Position numbers and translations under genes: made by a program. A DNA stretch of 64,000 nucleotides, taken from the NCBI GenBank assembly GCA_028277845.1, contig JANQFL010000087.1, forward strand, positions 13,704 through 77,703, given 5' to 3'. The notes beneath the pieces were generated by a model that saw nothing but the letters and a program-made list of their open reading frames with translations, did no database searches and had not been told where the DNA came from. Of this stretch, positions 27,443 through 37,486 are shown piece after piece. The stretch is from Sneathiellales bacterium. Lineage in GTDB: Bacteria > Pseudomonadota > Alphaproteobacteria > JANQFL01. Positions within the stretch are counted from its first letter, which is position 1, and every line of letters starts with the position of its first letter.

Positions 27443-28660
27443 ATGGATATCGACTTTCACCGCATCAAGCGCTTGCCGCCCTACGTCTTCGACGAAGTCA
27501 ATACGATGAAGGCCAAGGCACGTGCCGACGGCGAGGACATCATCGATTTCGGCATGGGCAACCCGGACCGGCCCACGCCGCCGCATATCGTCGAAAAACT
27601 GGTGGAAACAGTCCGCGACCCGCGTACCCACCGCTATTCGACATCGCGCGGCATCCCGGGTCTGCGCCGGGCCGTAGCGGCCTATTACCAACGCCGGTTC
27701 GGCGTGGATATCAATCCCGAGACGGAAGCCATCGTGACACTCGGGTCCAAGGAAGGGCTGGCCAATCTGGCGATGGCCATCACCACCCCCGGTGACGTCA
27801 TTCTAGCACCCAATCCAAGCTACCCGATCCATCCCTACGGTTTCATGATCGCCGGCGCCGTCATCCGCCACGTACCGATCGACCCTCTCGACGAATTTCT
27901 GCCGCGGCTCGAATACGCCGTGCGTCACAGCGTGCCGAAACCGGTGGCTCTGGTCCTGAATTTTCCGGCCAATCCGACGGCCCTGACGGTCGACCTGGAC
28001 TTCTACGAGGACGTGATCGCCTTCGCCCGCAGGCACGAGATGTTCATCCTCTCGGACCTGGCCTACGCCGAAATCTACTATGACGGCAACCCGCCACCGT
28101 CGATCCTCGAACTGCCTGGCGCCAAGGATGTGGCCATCGAATTCACGTCCATGAGCAAAACGTTTTCCATGCCGGGCTGGCGCATCGGCTTCGCCGCAGG
28201 CAATACCAAACTGGTCAGCGCCCTGCGACGGATCAAATCCTATCTGGACTACGGCGCATTCACGCCGGTGCAGGTGGCGGCAACGGCGGCGCTCAACGGC
28301 CCGCAGGACTGTATCGAGGAAAACCGGCAAGTCTACCAGTCGCGCCGCGACGTCCTGATCAAGGGTCTTGCGGCTGCGGGTTGGGACGTTCCGGCCCCAC
28401 CGGCCACCATGTTCGCCTGGGCCCCGATTCCGGAACCGTTGGCCGAACTGGGCAGCCTGGAATTTTCGAAACTGCTGCTCACGGAAGCCAAGGTTGCCGT
28501 CGCGCCGGGTCTCGGGTTCGGTGAACACGGCGAAGGTTTCGTCCGCATTGCCCTGGTGGAGAACGAACAGCGCATCCGCCAGGCCTGCAAAAGTATCAAA
28601 CGCTTTTTCGCGGAGTACCAGTCGGCGCGAAACCCCGGCAGTAAGGCGATGGCATCGTGA
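27443..28660 (+). CDS. PLP-dependent aminotransferase, class I (aspartate/alanine aminotransferase-like)
   Basis: Class I aminotransferase features including the Schiff-base lysine region SMSKTFSMPGWRIG. Confidence 0.8.
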   Translation: MDIDFHRIKRLPPYVFDEVNTMKAKARADGEDIIDFGMGNPDRPTPPHIVEKLVETVRDPRTHRYSTSRGIPGLRRAVAAYYQRRFGVDINPETEAIVTLGSKEGLANLAMAITTPGDVILAPNPSYPIHPYGFMIAGAVIRHVPIDPLDEFLPRLEYAVRHSVPKPVALVLNFPANPTALTVDLDFYEDVIAFARRHEMFILSDLAYAEIYYDGNPPPSILELPGAKDVAIEFTSMSKTFSMPGWRIGFAAGNTKLVSALRRIKSYLDYGAFTPVQVAATAALNGPQDCIEENRQVYQSRRDVLIKGLAAAGWDVPAPPATMFAWAPIPEPLAELGSLEFSKLLLTEAKVAVAPGLGFGEHGEGFVRIALVENEQRIRQACKSIKRFFAEYQSARNPGSKAMAS

Positions 28661-29949
28661 GCAATTCACTGAATATCGGTATCGCCGGGCTGGGTACGGT
28701 CGGCGCCAGCGTGGTCAAACTCCTGCAGGACCATGCCGACTTGCTGACTGCACGGTGCGGCCGTCCCGTCAACGTCGCCGCGGTGTCGGCACGAAGCCGC
28801 AACAAGGACCGCGGCGTCGACATCAGCCAATTGCGCTGGCACGACGACCCGATGGATATGACGCGCGATGCAGATATCGACGTTGTCGTCGAACTGATCG
28901 GCGGCGAGGACGGTGTCGCCAAGGCCCTGGCGGAAAACGCTCTGCAAGCCGGCAAGTCATTCGTGACGGCCAACAAGGCGCTTTTGGCCCATCATGGCAC
29001 CGCCCTGGCACGAATCGCCGAAAGCAATGGCAGCCAATTGAGTTACGAGGCCGCCGTCGCCGGCGGCATCCCCATCGTCAAGGCTATCCGCGAAGGTCTG
29101 GCCGGCAACAGCCTGTCACGCGTCTACGGAATCCTAAACGGCACCTGCAACTACATCCTGAGCGTCATGCGCGACACCGGCCGTGATTTCGCCGACGTTC
29201 TGGAGGAAGCCCAGAAAATGGGTTACGCCGAAGCGGATCCGGCGTTTGACATCGATGGCGTCGACGCGGCTCATAAGCTGGCCATCCTGACCAGTCTGGC
29301 ATTCGGCTGTCCCGTCGATTTCGGCAATGTTCACGTCGAAGGCGTGCGCGACGTTTCGGCCCTGGACATCGAATACGCCGAGGAACTCGGCTACCGCATC
29401 AAACTGCTGGCCATCACCAACAAGACGGAAAACGGCGTCGAGCAACGGGTGCACCCGTGCATGGTTCCGGAAGGCACGCCGATTGCCCACGTCGATGGCG
29501 TGTTCAACGCGGTGGTCGCCGAGGGCGATTTCGTCGGTCAGACCGTCTATGAGGGCCAGGGCGCCGGCGCCGGCCCGACCGCGTCCGCCGTGGTCGCCGA
29601 CTTGGTGGACATCGCCTGTGGCCGGCGCACCCATGCATTCGGCATTCCCGTGGAGGACTTCGGCCCTCCGCAACCCGCTGCCATGTCGCAGCACCAGGGC
29701 GCGTATTACCTGCGTTTCATGGTTCAGGACCGCCCCGGCGTTCTGGCCGATATCGCCAGTGTGTTGCGCGATGAGGAAGTCTCCATCGAATCCCTGTTGC
29801 AGCGCGCCCGTTCGCCGGAAGATCCGGTCCCGGTGGTCATGATCACGCACGAAACCCAGGAAGACAGGATGAGCCGGGCGGTCAGTGCGATCGGCGCCTT
29901 GAACGCGGTTTTGTCCAAACCCACACTCATTCGCATTGAACACCTCTGA
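28657..29949 (+). CDS. hom: homoserine dehydrogenase
   Basis: NAD-binding IGIAGLGTVGASV, catalytic domain and C-terminal ACT domain; GTG start overlaps the upstream stop (GTGA). Confidence 0.9.
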   Translation: MSNSLNIGIAGLGTVGASVVKLLQDHADLLTARCGRPVNVAAVSARSRNKDRGVDISQLRWHDDPMDMTRDADIDVVVELIGGEDGVAKALAENALQAGKSFVTANKALLAHHGTALARIAESNGSQLSYEAAVAGGIPIVKAIREGLAGNSLSRVYGILNGTCNYILSVMRDTGRDFADVLEEAQKMGYAEADPAFDIDGVDAAHKLAILTSLAFGCPVDFGNVHVEGVRDVSALDIEYAEELGYRIKLLAITNKTENGVEQRVHPCMVPEGTPIAHVDGVFNAVVAEGDFVGQTVYEGQGAGAGPTASAVVADLVDIACGRRTHAFGIPVEDFGPPQPAAMSQHQGAYYLRFMVQDRPGVLADIASVLRDEEVSIESLLQRARSPEDPVPVVMITHETQEDRMSRAVSAIGALNAVLSKPTLIRIEHL

Positions 29950-29957
29950 GGAAAACT

Positions 29958-30947
29958 ATGTCTCCCCAAGCAACACTCGATAGAAACCTTGCACTCGAAG
30001 CGGTTCGCGTGACCGAAGCGGCGGCACTGGCGGCTTCCAAGCTCATGGGCCGTGGCGACGAGAAAGCCGCCGATCAGGCCGCCGTCGACGCCATGCGCGG
30101 CGCGCTGAACAGCCTGCAGATCGAAGGCAAAGTGGTGATCGGAGAAGGGGAACGCGACGAAGCGCCGATGTTGTATATCGGCGAAGAGGTGGGCGCCGGC
30201 AACGGCCCGCGTGTCGACATCGCGCTGGATCCGCTGGAAGGCACGACCCTGACCGCCAAGGGTGGCCCCAACGCCCTCGCCGTCATCGCACTGGCCAGCG
30301 AAGGCGGTTTCCTGTTCTCGCCCGATGTCTACATGGACAAGATCGCCGTCGGTGGCGGTCTGCCGGAAAACGTCGTCGACCTGGATGCCAGTCCGGTGGA
30401 CAACGTCAATGCCCTGGCGGAAGCCAAGGGTTGCCGGCCGGACGATCTGGTCGTGTGCATTCTCGACCGTTCGCGCCACGGCGACCTGATCGATGCCGTC
30501 CGCTCGTCCGGCGCGCGGATCAAACTGATCAGCGACGGCGACGTCGCCGGTGTCATTGCGACATCGACGCCGTCGGCCGGTATCGACATGTACATGGGAT
30601 CGGGCGGTGCGCCAGAAGGTGTTTTGGCCGCGGCGGCACTGCGTTGCATCGGCGGCCAGATGCAGGGACGACTGTTGTTCCGTAACAACGACGAAAAGGA
30701 CCGGGCGGAACGCTGCGGCATTACCGACTTCGATCGCAAGTATTCGTTGCTCGACCTGGCCAGTGGCGATGTCATGTTCGCCGCCACGGGCGTGACCGAC
30801 GGCTCCATGCTCGACGGTGTGCGCATCGACGCCAGCGGTGCACGCACGCAGTCCATCGTAATGCGGTCAAAAACCGGCACTGTGCGCTGGGTGACAACGC
30901 ACCACGACTTCGTCCGGGCGCCCAGTTACGACATCCACAAATCCTAG
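29958..30947 (+). CDS. glpX: fructose-1,6-bisphosphatase class II
   Basis: GlpX-type N-terminus (LALEAVRVTEAAALAASK) and conserved core. Confidence 0.9.
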   Translation: MSPQATLDRNLALEAVRVTEAAALAASKLMGRGDEKAADQAAVDAMRGALNSLQIEGKVVIGEGERDEAPMLYIGEEVGAGNGPRVDIALDPLEGTTLTAKGGPNALAVIALASEGGFLFSPDVYMDKIAVGGGLPENVVDLDASPVDNVNALAEAKGCRPDDLVVCILDRSRHGDLIDAVRSSGARIKLISDGDVAGVIATSTPSAGIDMYMGSGGAPEGVLAAAALRCIGGQMQGRLLFRNNDEKDRAERCGITDFDRKYSLLDLASGDVMFAATGVTDGSMLDGVRIDASGARTQSIVMRSKTGTVRWVTTHHDFVRAPSYDIHKS

Positions 30948-30952
30948 CGACG

Positions 30953-32731
30953 ATGGAGGATTCGGCACCGCCGTTTCTTGGTGTTGAACACTCGCTGAGC
31001 GGCAAGCGCTGGCGATCCAGGCTGACCGACGAACGGCTCGCCGCCGCCATCGCGCAGAAACTGTCGGTGCCTGAGATCATCGGCAGAGTTCTCGCGGCAC
31101 GGGACGTCGGGTTGGACGAATGCGGCCGGTACCTGGATCCCACGCTCAAGGACCTGATGCCCGATCCGTCGTGTTTGATGGAGATGGACCAGGCGTGCGA
31201 CCGTCTCGCCCGATGCATCACGGACGGCAAAACCGTCGGGGTTTTCGGCGACTACGATGTCGACGGAGCGACATCCGCGGCGGTGCTTCACCGCTTCGTC
31301 TCTATGGCGGGCGGAACCTGTCACAGCTATATTCCAGACCGGATCAAGGAAGGCTACGGCCCCAATCTTCCCGCGCTCGAGAAACTGCATGGGGACGGCG
31401 CGGACGTGATCGTGACCGTGGATTGCGGCATCACGGCGTTCGACGTTATCGATGCGGCAACCGAGCGCGGCATCGATATTATCGTGATCGATCATCACCT
31501 GGCGGAAGTGCGCCTGCCGAAGGCCGTCGCGGTCGTCAATCCAAACCGTCTGGACGACGAGAGCGGCCTCGGGCAGTTGGCCGCGGTCGGTGTAACGTTC
31601 ATGTTGATCGTCGGCGTGAACCGTCATCTGCGCCAAGCCGGATGGTACCAAACGCGGCCGGAGCCGAAACTGCAATCGCTGTTGGACCTGGTCGCACTGG
31701 GAACCGTCTGTGATGTCGTGCCTCTCAAAGGGCTGAACCGGGCGTTGGTGACGCAGGGCCTGAAAATCATGGCCAAGCGACTCAATCCCGGCCTGGTCGC
31801 CCTATCGGATGTTGCCGGCATTCACGAGCCTCCGGCGGCGTTTCATCTCGGCTACATCCTGGGTCCCAGGGTCAATGCCGGAGGACGGGTGGGTCAGCCG
31901 GATCTGGGCGCACGTCTGCTGTCGTCCGACGATCCCGATCTCGTACGGCCCATCGCACAGCGGCTGGACGACTACAACCTGGAACGCCGTGCCATCGAAG
32001 CGGCCGTGCTGGAGGAGGCGTCGCTGCAAGTAGAGACAACTGCTACGGGCGAGCCCAACGCGCCTACAATCGCCGTCGGCCAGGATTGGCATCCGGGTGT
32101 CATTGGTATCGTTGCCAGCCGCCTTAAGGACCGTTTCGGCAAACCTGCGATCGTCATTTCGCTGTCTGACGGAATAGGCAAGGGGTCTGGCCGGTCCATT
32201 CCCGGCGTCGACCTGGGCGCCGCCGTGACGGCCGCCCGCCAGGCCGGCCATCTCATCAATGGCGGCGGACACAAGATGGCAGCCGGCCTGACCGTCGATG
32301 AAGCGTCGGTTCCCGTCCTGCAAGCCTTTCTGTCGGAACGACTATCCGATGCCATTGCCGCAAGCACCCGCGGTGCCAGTCTGGGCCTGGACGGCTCCGT
32401 GACGGCTGCCGGCGCCAATCTGGATTTCGTCGGAACCTTGCAGAAGGCCGGCCCGTACGGTGCCGGAAATCCAGAGCCCCGATTCGTTATTCCCAATGCG
32501 CAAATCGTGAAGGCGGACATCGTCGGCGAAAACCATGTCCGCTGTATCATCACCGACTCGACCCGGGCACGCCTCAACACCATCGCGTTCCGGTCGGCGG
32601 ACACGGAAATGGGCCGCAACTTGTTAAACCATGGCGGGTTGACATTCCACTTGGCTGGGCATTTGCGGACCAATTTCTGGCGTGGCGAAGCCAGTGTTCA
32701 GCTTACGGTGGACGACGCGGCCAAGGCTTGA
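30953..32731 (+). CDS. recJ: single-stranded-DNA-specific exonuclease RecJ
   Basis: DHH motif (VIDHH) and DHHA1-type C-terminal region; 592 aa. Confidence 0.9.
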   Translation: MEDSAPPFLGVEHSLSGKRWRSRLTDERLAAAIAQKLSVPEIIGRVLAARDVGLDECGRYLDPTLKDLMPDPSCLMEMDQACDRLARCITDGKTVGVFGDYDVDGATSAAVLHRFVSMAGGTCHSYIPDRIKEGYGPNLPALEKLHGDGADVIVTVDCGITAFDVIDAATERGIDIIVIDHHLAEVRLPKAVAVVNPNRLDDESGLGQLAAVGVTFMLIVGVNRHLRQAGWYQTRPEPKLQSLLDLVALGTVCDVVPLKGLNRALVTQGLKIMAKRLNPGLVALSDVAGIHEPPAAFHLGYILGPRVNAGGRVGQPDLGARLLSSDDPDLVRPIAQRLDDYNLERRAIEAAVLEEASLQVETTATGEPNAPTIAVGQDWHPGVIGIVASRLKDRFGKPAIVISLSDGIGKGSGRSIPGVDLGAAVTAARQAGHLINGGGHKMAAGLTVDEASVPVLQAFLSERLSDAIAASTRGASLGLDGSVTAAGANLDFVGTLQKAGPYGAGNPEPRFVIPNAQIVKADIVGENHVRCIITDSTRARLNTIAFRSADTEMGRNLLNHGGLTFHLAGHLRTNFWRGEASVQLTVDDAAKA

Positions 32732-32824
32732 CCGGGAGCGAAGAAAGTTAAGGAATTTCTGGCCCGTAGCCGTGAATATCTATTGATTTTGCCAGACGAT
32801 CCGTTTAAGACCTCGTGACCTCGC

Positions 32825-32902
32825 GACCCCATCGTCTAGCCAGGTCTAGGACGTCAGCCTTTCACGCTGAAAACACGGGTTCGAATCCCGTTGGGGTCGC
32901 CA
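32825..32902 (+). tRNA. tRNA-Glu (anticodon TTC)
   Basis: Cloverleaf read by hand: acceptor GACCCCA/TGGGGTC, anticodon stem TCAGC/GCTGA with loop CTTTCAC, T-arm ACGGG-TTCGAAT-CCCGT, discriminator G and encoded CCA. Confidence 0.8.
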
Positions 32903-33015
32903 TTTCTCCCTTCCAAACTACGGTATGGACTCCGATCTCCGGTGTTTGCATAACCGCGCCGAATCCAGCACACTCGCGGCCCAAACACCGTATCTGGCCG
33001 AACGAGGAGCGGATT

Positions 33016-33990
33016 TTGTCAGCAGACCCAAAAGGCGATAACGCGTTTACCCGCACCAATCCATACGGTACGGCCGTGGAGCCGATGTATTCGGGCGCCC
33101 TCAGTTTCATGCGCCGCCGTTACAGCCGCGACCTCGCCGACGCCGACGTGGCCGTCACCGGTATCCCGTTCGACACGGCAACGACGAACCGGCCGGGTGC
33201 CCGCTTCGGTCCCCGTTCGATACGGGCTGCCTCGACCAATCTGGCCTGGGAACGGGCGTGGCCCTGGACGTTCGATCCGTTTCGGCGCCTCAATGTGATC
33301 GACTATGGCGACTGCGTCTTCGACCACGGGCGGCCTGAATCGGTACCGGCGGAAATAGAAGCGTATGCCCGGACCATTCTCGAAAGCGGCACGGCCATGC
33401 TGGCACTGGGTGGGGACCACTTCGTGACATACCCCATCCTGAAAGCAACCGCCGCCATGCACGGCCCCCTGTCTTTGATCCACTTCGATGCGCATTCCGA
33501 TACATGGCACGACGAAACAGGCCGGATCGACCATGGAACCATGTTCTTCCATGCCGCGAAGGACGGCATCGTCGATCCGAGCCGGTCGATCCAGATCGGA
33601 CTGAGAACCACGAACGAGGAAACCCATGGGTTCAACATCCTCGACGCACGCTCGGTTCATAAAAACGGGGTGGACGCCGTGGTCGAGAAAATTCATGAGG
33701 TGGTTGGGACCAACAATTGTTATCTGACGTTCGATATCGATTGCCTGGATCCCGCTTATGCACCGGGCACCGGAACGCCGGTATGTGGCGGTCTGACGAT
33801 CGTTCAGGCGCTGGAGATCCTCCGGGGCCTTCCGGGGATTGCGTTGAAGGGCATGGATTTGGTCGAGGTTTCACCGCCATACGATGTCGGCGATATCACG
33901 TCGTTGGCCGGTGCGACGATTGCGCTGGATATGCTGGGTATCTATGCCGCGCAGTTTCCGGAACGGGACGATTCCGATGACGGCAAATGA
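33016..33990 (+). CDS. agmatinase / ureohydrolase (arginase family)
   Basis: Mn-binding motifs GGDHFVTYP, HFDAHSDT and TFDIDCLDPAYAPG. Start set at TTG 33016 with GAGGAG 6 nt upstream; the ORF-track N-terminus overlaps the tRNA and is rejected. Confidence 0.75.
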   Translation: MSADPKGDNAFTRTNPYGTAVEPMYSGALSFMRRRYSRDLADADVAVTGIPFDTATTNRPGARFGPRSIRAASTNLAWERAWPWTFDPFRRLNVIDYGDCVFDHGRPESVPAEIEAYARTILESGTAMLALGGDHFVTYPILKATAAMHGPLSLIHFDAHSDTWHDETGRIDHGTMFFHAAKDGIVDPSRSIQIGLRTTNEETHGFNILDARSVHKNGVDAVVEKIHEVVGTNNCYLTFDIDCLDPAYAPGTGTPVCGGLTIVQALEILRGLPGIALKGMDLVEVSPPYDVGDITSLAGATIALDMLGIYAAQFPERDDSDDGK

Positions 33991-33997
33991 CTGGGCC

Positions 33998-34447
33998 TCA
34001 GTTACAGCCTTTGCTCCAGGTACCGACCGGAGCGCCCTTGTCGCACATGCCGTCTTTCTTAAGTTCATAGACATGGACGCGGGCGATTTTCTGGCCACCG
34101 ACGACGCGGATGACGCGATCCAGCAAGCGGTCGCCGATGGCCGCGACGTCGATTACATTGTCCTTGCGGTTCGGCGGTATCGGATTGGCGTAGAGGTCGC
34201 GCAACACCGTATCGCGCAGGCGCAACAAATGCCGGGTCACACTGCGGCGCGAGGTGTTTTCCGTGATTTCCAGAGATATGATCAGATTCACATAGTTTCC
34301 GGCGCTTGGCGGACGCAGGAGGGGCGCCTTAATCACGCCGAGGCTGACAACCTTGTCGATATCGTTTGACTTGGCACTCACGGAAGCCGTTGTTCCGGCG
34401 ACCGCCAGCACGGCAATCGTCATAAACACGGTCAGAATTCGCCGCAT
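33998..34447 (-). CDS. membrane-anchored protein, FliL-like (tentative)
   Basis: Single N-terminal TM helix (ILTVFMTIAVLAVAG) and C-terminal region resembling FliL (YVNLIISLEI...RLRDTVLRDL...ARVHVYE). Low confidence. Confidence 0.35.
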   Translation of the reverse strand: MRRILTVFMTIAVLAVAGTTASVSAKSNDIDKVVSLGVIKAPLLRPPSAGNYVNLIISLEITENTSRRSVTRHLLRLRDTVLRDLYANPIPPNRKDNVIDVAAIGDRLLDRVIRVVGGQKIARVHVYELKKDGMCDKGAPVGTWSKGCN

Positions 34448-34488
34448 CGACCGAGGATACGTCGGTACGATTGCGCTGATAAGGCCGA

Positions 34489-34728
34489 CTATTTTGGGAG
34501 CGGGGTGCGGACCCATCCTGAATAACTCAAGTAAGTGGAAGCCATGGCGAGAAAGCGCTGACCGGCGCGGCCGTTCAGATCGTTTACGGTGGGTTGGTTT
34601 GATGCAATGGATTCCCCGGCCAGGGCGATGGCCTTGGGATCGTCATGAGCCAATTCGTCGAGCAAGCGCGACGCTTCCTCAAGATGGCGGATAAATTCAC
34701 TTATCTTATTGTTTTCAAGCGTTTCCAT
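34489..34728 (-). CDS. hypothetical small protein
   Basis: 79-codon ORF from Met 8 (METLENNKISEF...), followed on the coding strand by an AT-rich promoter-like stretch; no recognisable motif. Confidence 0.3.
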   Translation of the reverse strand: METLENNKISEFIRHLEEASRLLDELAHDDPKAIALAGESIASNQPTVNDLNGRAGQRFLAMASTYLSYSGWVRTPLPK

Positions 34729-34859
34729 GATTACGATGCTACACCGCAATCACAAAAGAAGCGTAAACAATACTCGCTGAAGATAATTACGTCACTGCAG
34801 CGCTGTACTTGCACTATTCAAGATGAATTACACGAATATAATTCTACCGGATCGCGAGA

Positions 34860-35828
34860 TTACTGCGCGTTACCTGCCAGGGACTTTCTCACCCGCTCCG
34901 CATTCAGCTTCGCAAAATAGTCCTGCAACGTCTTGTTGAGCGCACGGATTTTTTCATCCGAAAGCTTTTTTGTCACTTCGTGTAACGCGTTGGCCGCATC
35001 CTTGATACCGTTGTAAATCGCGATACTGAGCCAGTAATAGGCCTTTTCGTGGTCGATGGTCTTACTGTTTCCAAAGGCATAGATCAGGCCGAGATTGTGT
35101 TGTGCTTTCGGGTCGCCTTCTTTGGCGGCCTGCGCATAAAACCCAATCGCCGTCTGATGATCGCGCTCGACTCCGTATCCTTCGCCATAGACATAACCCA
35201 GCGCCGTTTTGGCCCCGGTGTGGTTTTGCTTGGCGGAAGCACGAAACCATTTGACCGCCTTTTTGATGTCACGGGGGATGATCTTACCGCGAACATATTC
35301 CGAGGCCAGCCGGTATTGGGCTTCGGCTTGACCCAGATTGGCGGCCTTGATCAGCCAATTCACACCCGACCGACGGTCGCCTTCCTCGTCTTCAAGATGA
35401 AACCGGGCAAATCGCAGGGCGGCATCCGGATGCCCCAGATTGGCGGCGCTTCTGAGCCACATCAGGCCCATTTCCCGGTCCTTGAAGACCTCTTCGCCGT
35501 CCAGATAGATCTGGGCCAGACGCATCTGGGCGTCCACCGAGTTCTGGCCGCCCGCCTTGCGGTACCAGTCTATGGCCGTCTGGGCGCTTTTCGGCAATCC
35601 CAAACCATCCTGATACATGGTTCCGACATAGTATTGCGCCTGCGGATTTCCGTCCTGGGCGAGTGGCATAAATTGAACGAAAGCATCAACATAATCACCG
35701 TTCTTGAGAGATTGCTTTGCATTCTCCAGGCTCGGCGTAGCCCATGAACACGGCGCGGCCAAGACAGCGGCCAGGCAGCACACGGCGGCAAGGCCTCGGC
35801 GTATCCTATGACTGATCGATTTATCCAT
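34860..35828 (-). CDS. Sel1-repeat (TPR-like) secreted protein
   Basis: Signal peptide then repeated Sel1 units (AQYYVGTMYQDGLGLPKS...AIDWYRKAGGQN..., AQYRLASEY..., AQHNLGLIYAFG...). Confidence 0.7.
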   Translation of the reverse strand: MDKSISHRIRRGLAAVCCLAAVLAAPCSWATPSLENAKQSLKNGDYVDAFVQFMPLAQDGNPQAQYYVGTMYQDGLGLPKSAQTAIDWYRKAGGQNSVDAQMRLAQIYLDGEEVFKDREMGLMWLRSAANLGHPDAALRFARFHLEDEEGDRRSGVNWLIKAANLGQAEAQYRLASEYVRGKIIPRDIKKAVKWFRASAKQNHTGAKTALGYVYGEGYGVERDHQTAIGFYAQAAKEGDPKAQHNLGLIYAFGNSKTIDHEKAYYWLSIAIYNGIKDAANALHEVTKKLSDEKIRALNKTLQDYFAKLNAERVRKSLAGNAQ

Positions 35829-36119
35829 CGTTCTATTCCAGCGGGCAGTTGACACCGATTTGCCACGGAAAGATTAGGGCCGGTTAAGCAACCCGTTGCA
35901 CAGTGCATCCCATGCCGAATCTAATCGGCAATGTAAAAGACACCGTTAAGCAAAGGTCACGAAGTCCATAAAAATTGATGAAAACTCGACCCAATTGCGG
36001 TCCGAATAGTTAAATGTTTTGAAAACGTTATCCGGTTTACTCCGGTTCAAAGAGGTTGCGTACCCATGTTGCAGACGCCACACGACGAAAACGCTATCCC
36101 GGCTCCCAGGCCCAAGGGC

Positions 36120-36572
36120 ATGGAACGCCGGTTGACCTTGAGGCTCCTGAATTACTGGCAGGAGATCAAAGGCGTTCGCACGTTTCCGTCCCGTTTGGAC
36201 GTCAACGCCCAGGCCATCGCAGATATTTGGCCCAACTGCTATCTGTTGAAGATCGAAAAGGACGGCGAAGAGCCGATCTTCGACTACTTGGGACAGGATC
36301 TGGCCAAATTTTCCGGGGTATTCGTCAGCGGCAACACGGTTTCCGAAACACATCACAACACCCTGCTCGACCAGGCCATCCGCTATTTCAGCGAGGCTCT
36401 GGCGACTCGGGCGCCGGTCATCGGCGACGACGAATTCGTCCGCTTCGACGGGACGCGTATTATTTACCGCAGCATCATTCTGCCGTTGAGCGAGGACCAG
36501 GAGCACATCACGCATCTGCTGGGCGCCGCCAACGGCAAGGAAGTCGCTGCGTTCGAAGACGAAGGCGAATAG
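36120..36572 (+). CDS. PAS-like small sensor-domain protein (tentative)
   Basis: ~150 aa single-domain protein whose pattern suggests a PAS-type fold (LLNYWQEIKG...CYLLKIEKDGEEPIFDYLGQDL); start at Met 19 of the ORF. Confidence 0.35.
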   Translation: MERRLTLRLLNYWQEIKGVRTFPSRLDVNAQAIADIWPNCYLLKIEKDGEEPIFDYLGQDLAKFSGVFVSGNTVSETHHNTLLDQAIRYFSEALATRAPVIGDDEFVRFDGTRIIYRSIILPLSEDQEHITHLLGAANGKEVAAFEDEGE

Positions 36573-36582
36573 GAAACCTCAC

Positions 36583-37407
36583 ATGATCGGATTCCGCAAA
36601 GCCGTCCTGGGTTTGTCGATCGCAGCCATTGCCGCCGTGGCGAGCGGCGCGGCGGATGCCAAGATGCCCCGTTCGCTGCTCGGGTCGGTCGGCAAGGCGA
36701 CCGGAGCCGCTGCCGGCAGGGCCGCGGCGAAAATGATCATGCGATCCGGCTCGGAACGGCAGGACAGCCAAATCCAATCCGGGAGCCGCGCAAAGATCAG
36801 AACGGCCACGCGGACCGTGACCGTCGCGCCATCGCCATTCATCAGCCAAGGCGACAACCCGCAAATCCGGATGATTTTGACGAAAGCGGAACGGCATTTC
36901 GTCATGCAGGACTACGACAACAGCTTGAAACTGCTGTCCGGACAGACGGTACAGGACCATCCGCACGCCAAGTTTCTCACCGGTATTCATCACGAATACG
37001 GACTGGCCACCACGCGGGACGATGCCAAGGCAGCGGAACACTACGAAGTGGCCGCCGCCAAAGGGCATGCCGCCGCGCAATACAATCTCGGCCTGATGTA
37101 CAGCGACGGGCGCGGCGTCGACCGCATGCCCGACCGGGCTCTGTTGTGGATCGAACTGGCCGCCAATCAGGGACTGCCAGATGCGCAATATGCCCTGGGC
37201 CTGCTGTACTACAATGGCAAGGGCGCCGAACAGGACCTGGTGGTCGCCCTGAAATGGTTTGAAGTCGCCGCCGGCTACGGCCATACCAGCAGCGAACAGA
37301 ATATTGCCCCCTTGTCCAAGTCGATGAAAAAGGACGACGTGGTCCGGGCCCGGCAATTGGCCTCCATCTGGCGGCCGTCGAAACGCAATCCCGCGGCACC
37401 ACGCTAG
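36583..37407 (+). CDS. Sel1-repeat secreted protein
   Basis: Signal peptide (AIAAVASGAADA) and Sel1 repeats (AQYNLGLMYSDGRGVD..., AQYALGLLYYNGKGAEQD...). Confidence 0.7.
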   Translation: MIGFRKAVLGLSIAAIAAVASGAADAKMPRSLLGSVGKATGAAAGRAAAKMIMRSGSERQDSQIQSGSRAKIRTATRTVTVAPSPFISQGDNPQIRMILTKAERHFVMQDYDNSLKLLSGQTVQDHPHAKFLTGIHHEYGLATTRDDAKAAEHYEVAAAKGHAAAQYNLGLMYSDGRGVDRMPDRALLWIELAANQGLPDAQYALGLLYYNGKGAEQDLVVALKWFEVAAGYGHTSSEQNIAPLSKSMKKDDVVRARQLASIWRPSKRNPAAPR

Positions 37408-37486
37408 CCGCAACCGCAGACCAACCAGACCCAGCAAAACCGTAAACCGTCAGCAGCGGCGCGTAGTGCCGGTGCGGAGTATAGGT

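Noticed and set aside
32815-33015. N-terminal 67 codons of the ORF-track agmatinase ORF
   Set aside because: Overlaps the tRNA-Glu gene on the same strand; a TTG start with a strong RBS at 33016 explains the conserved protein without the extension.
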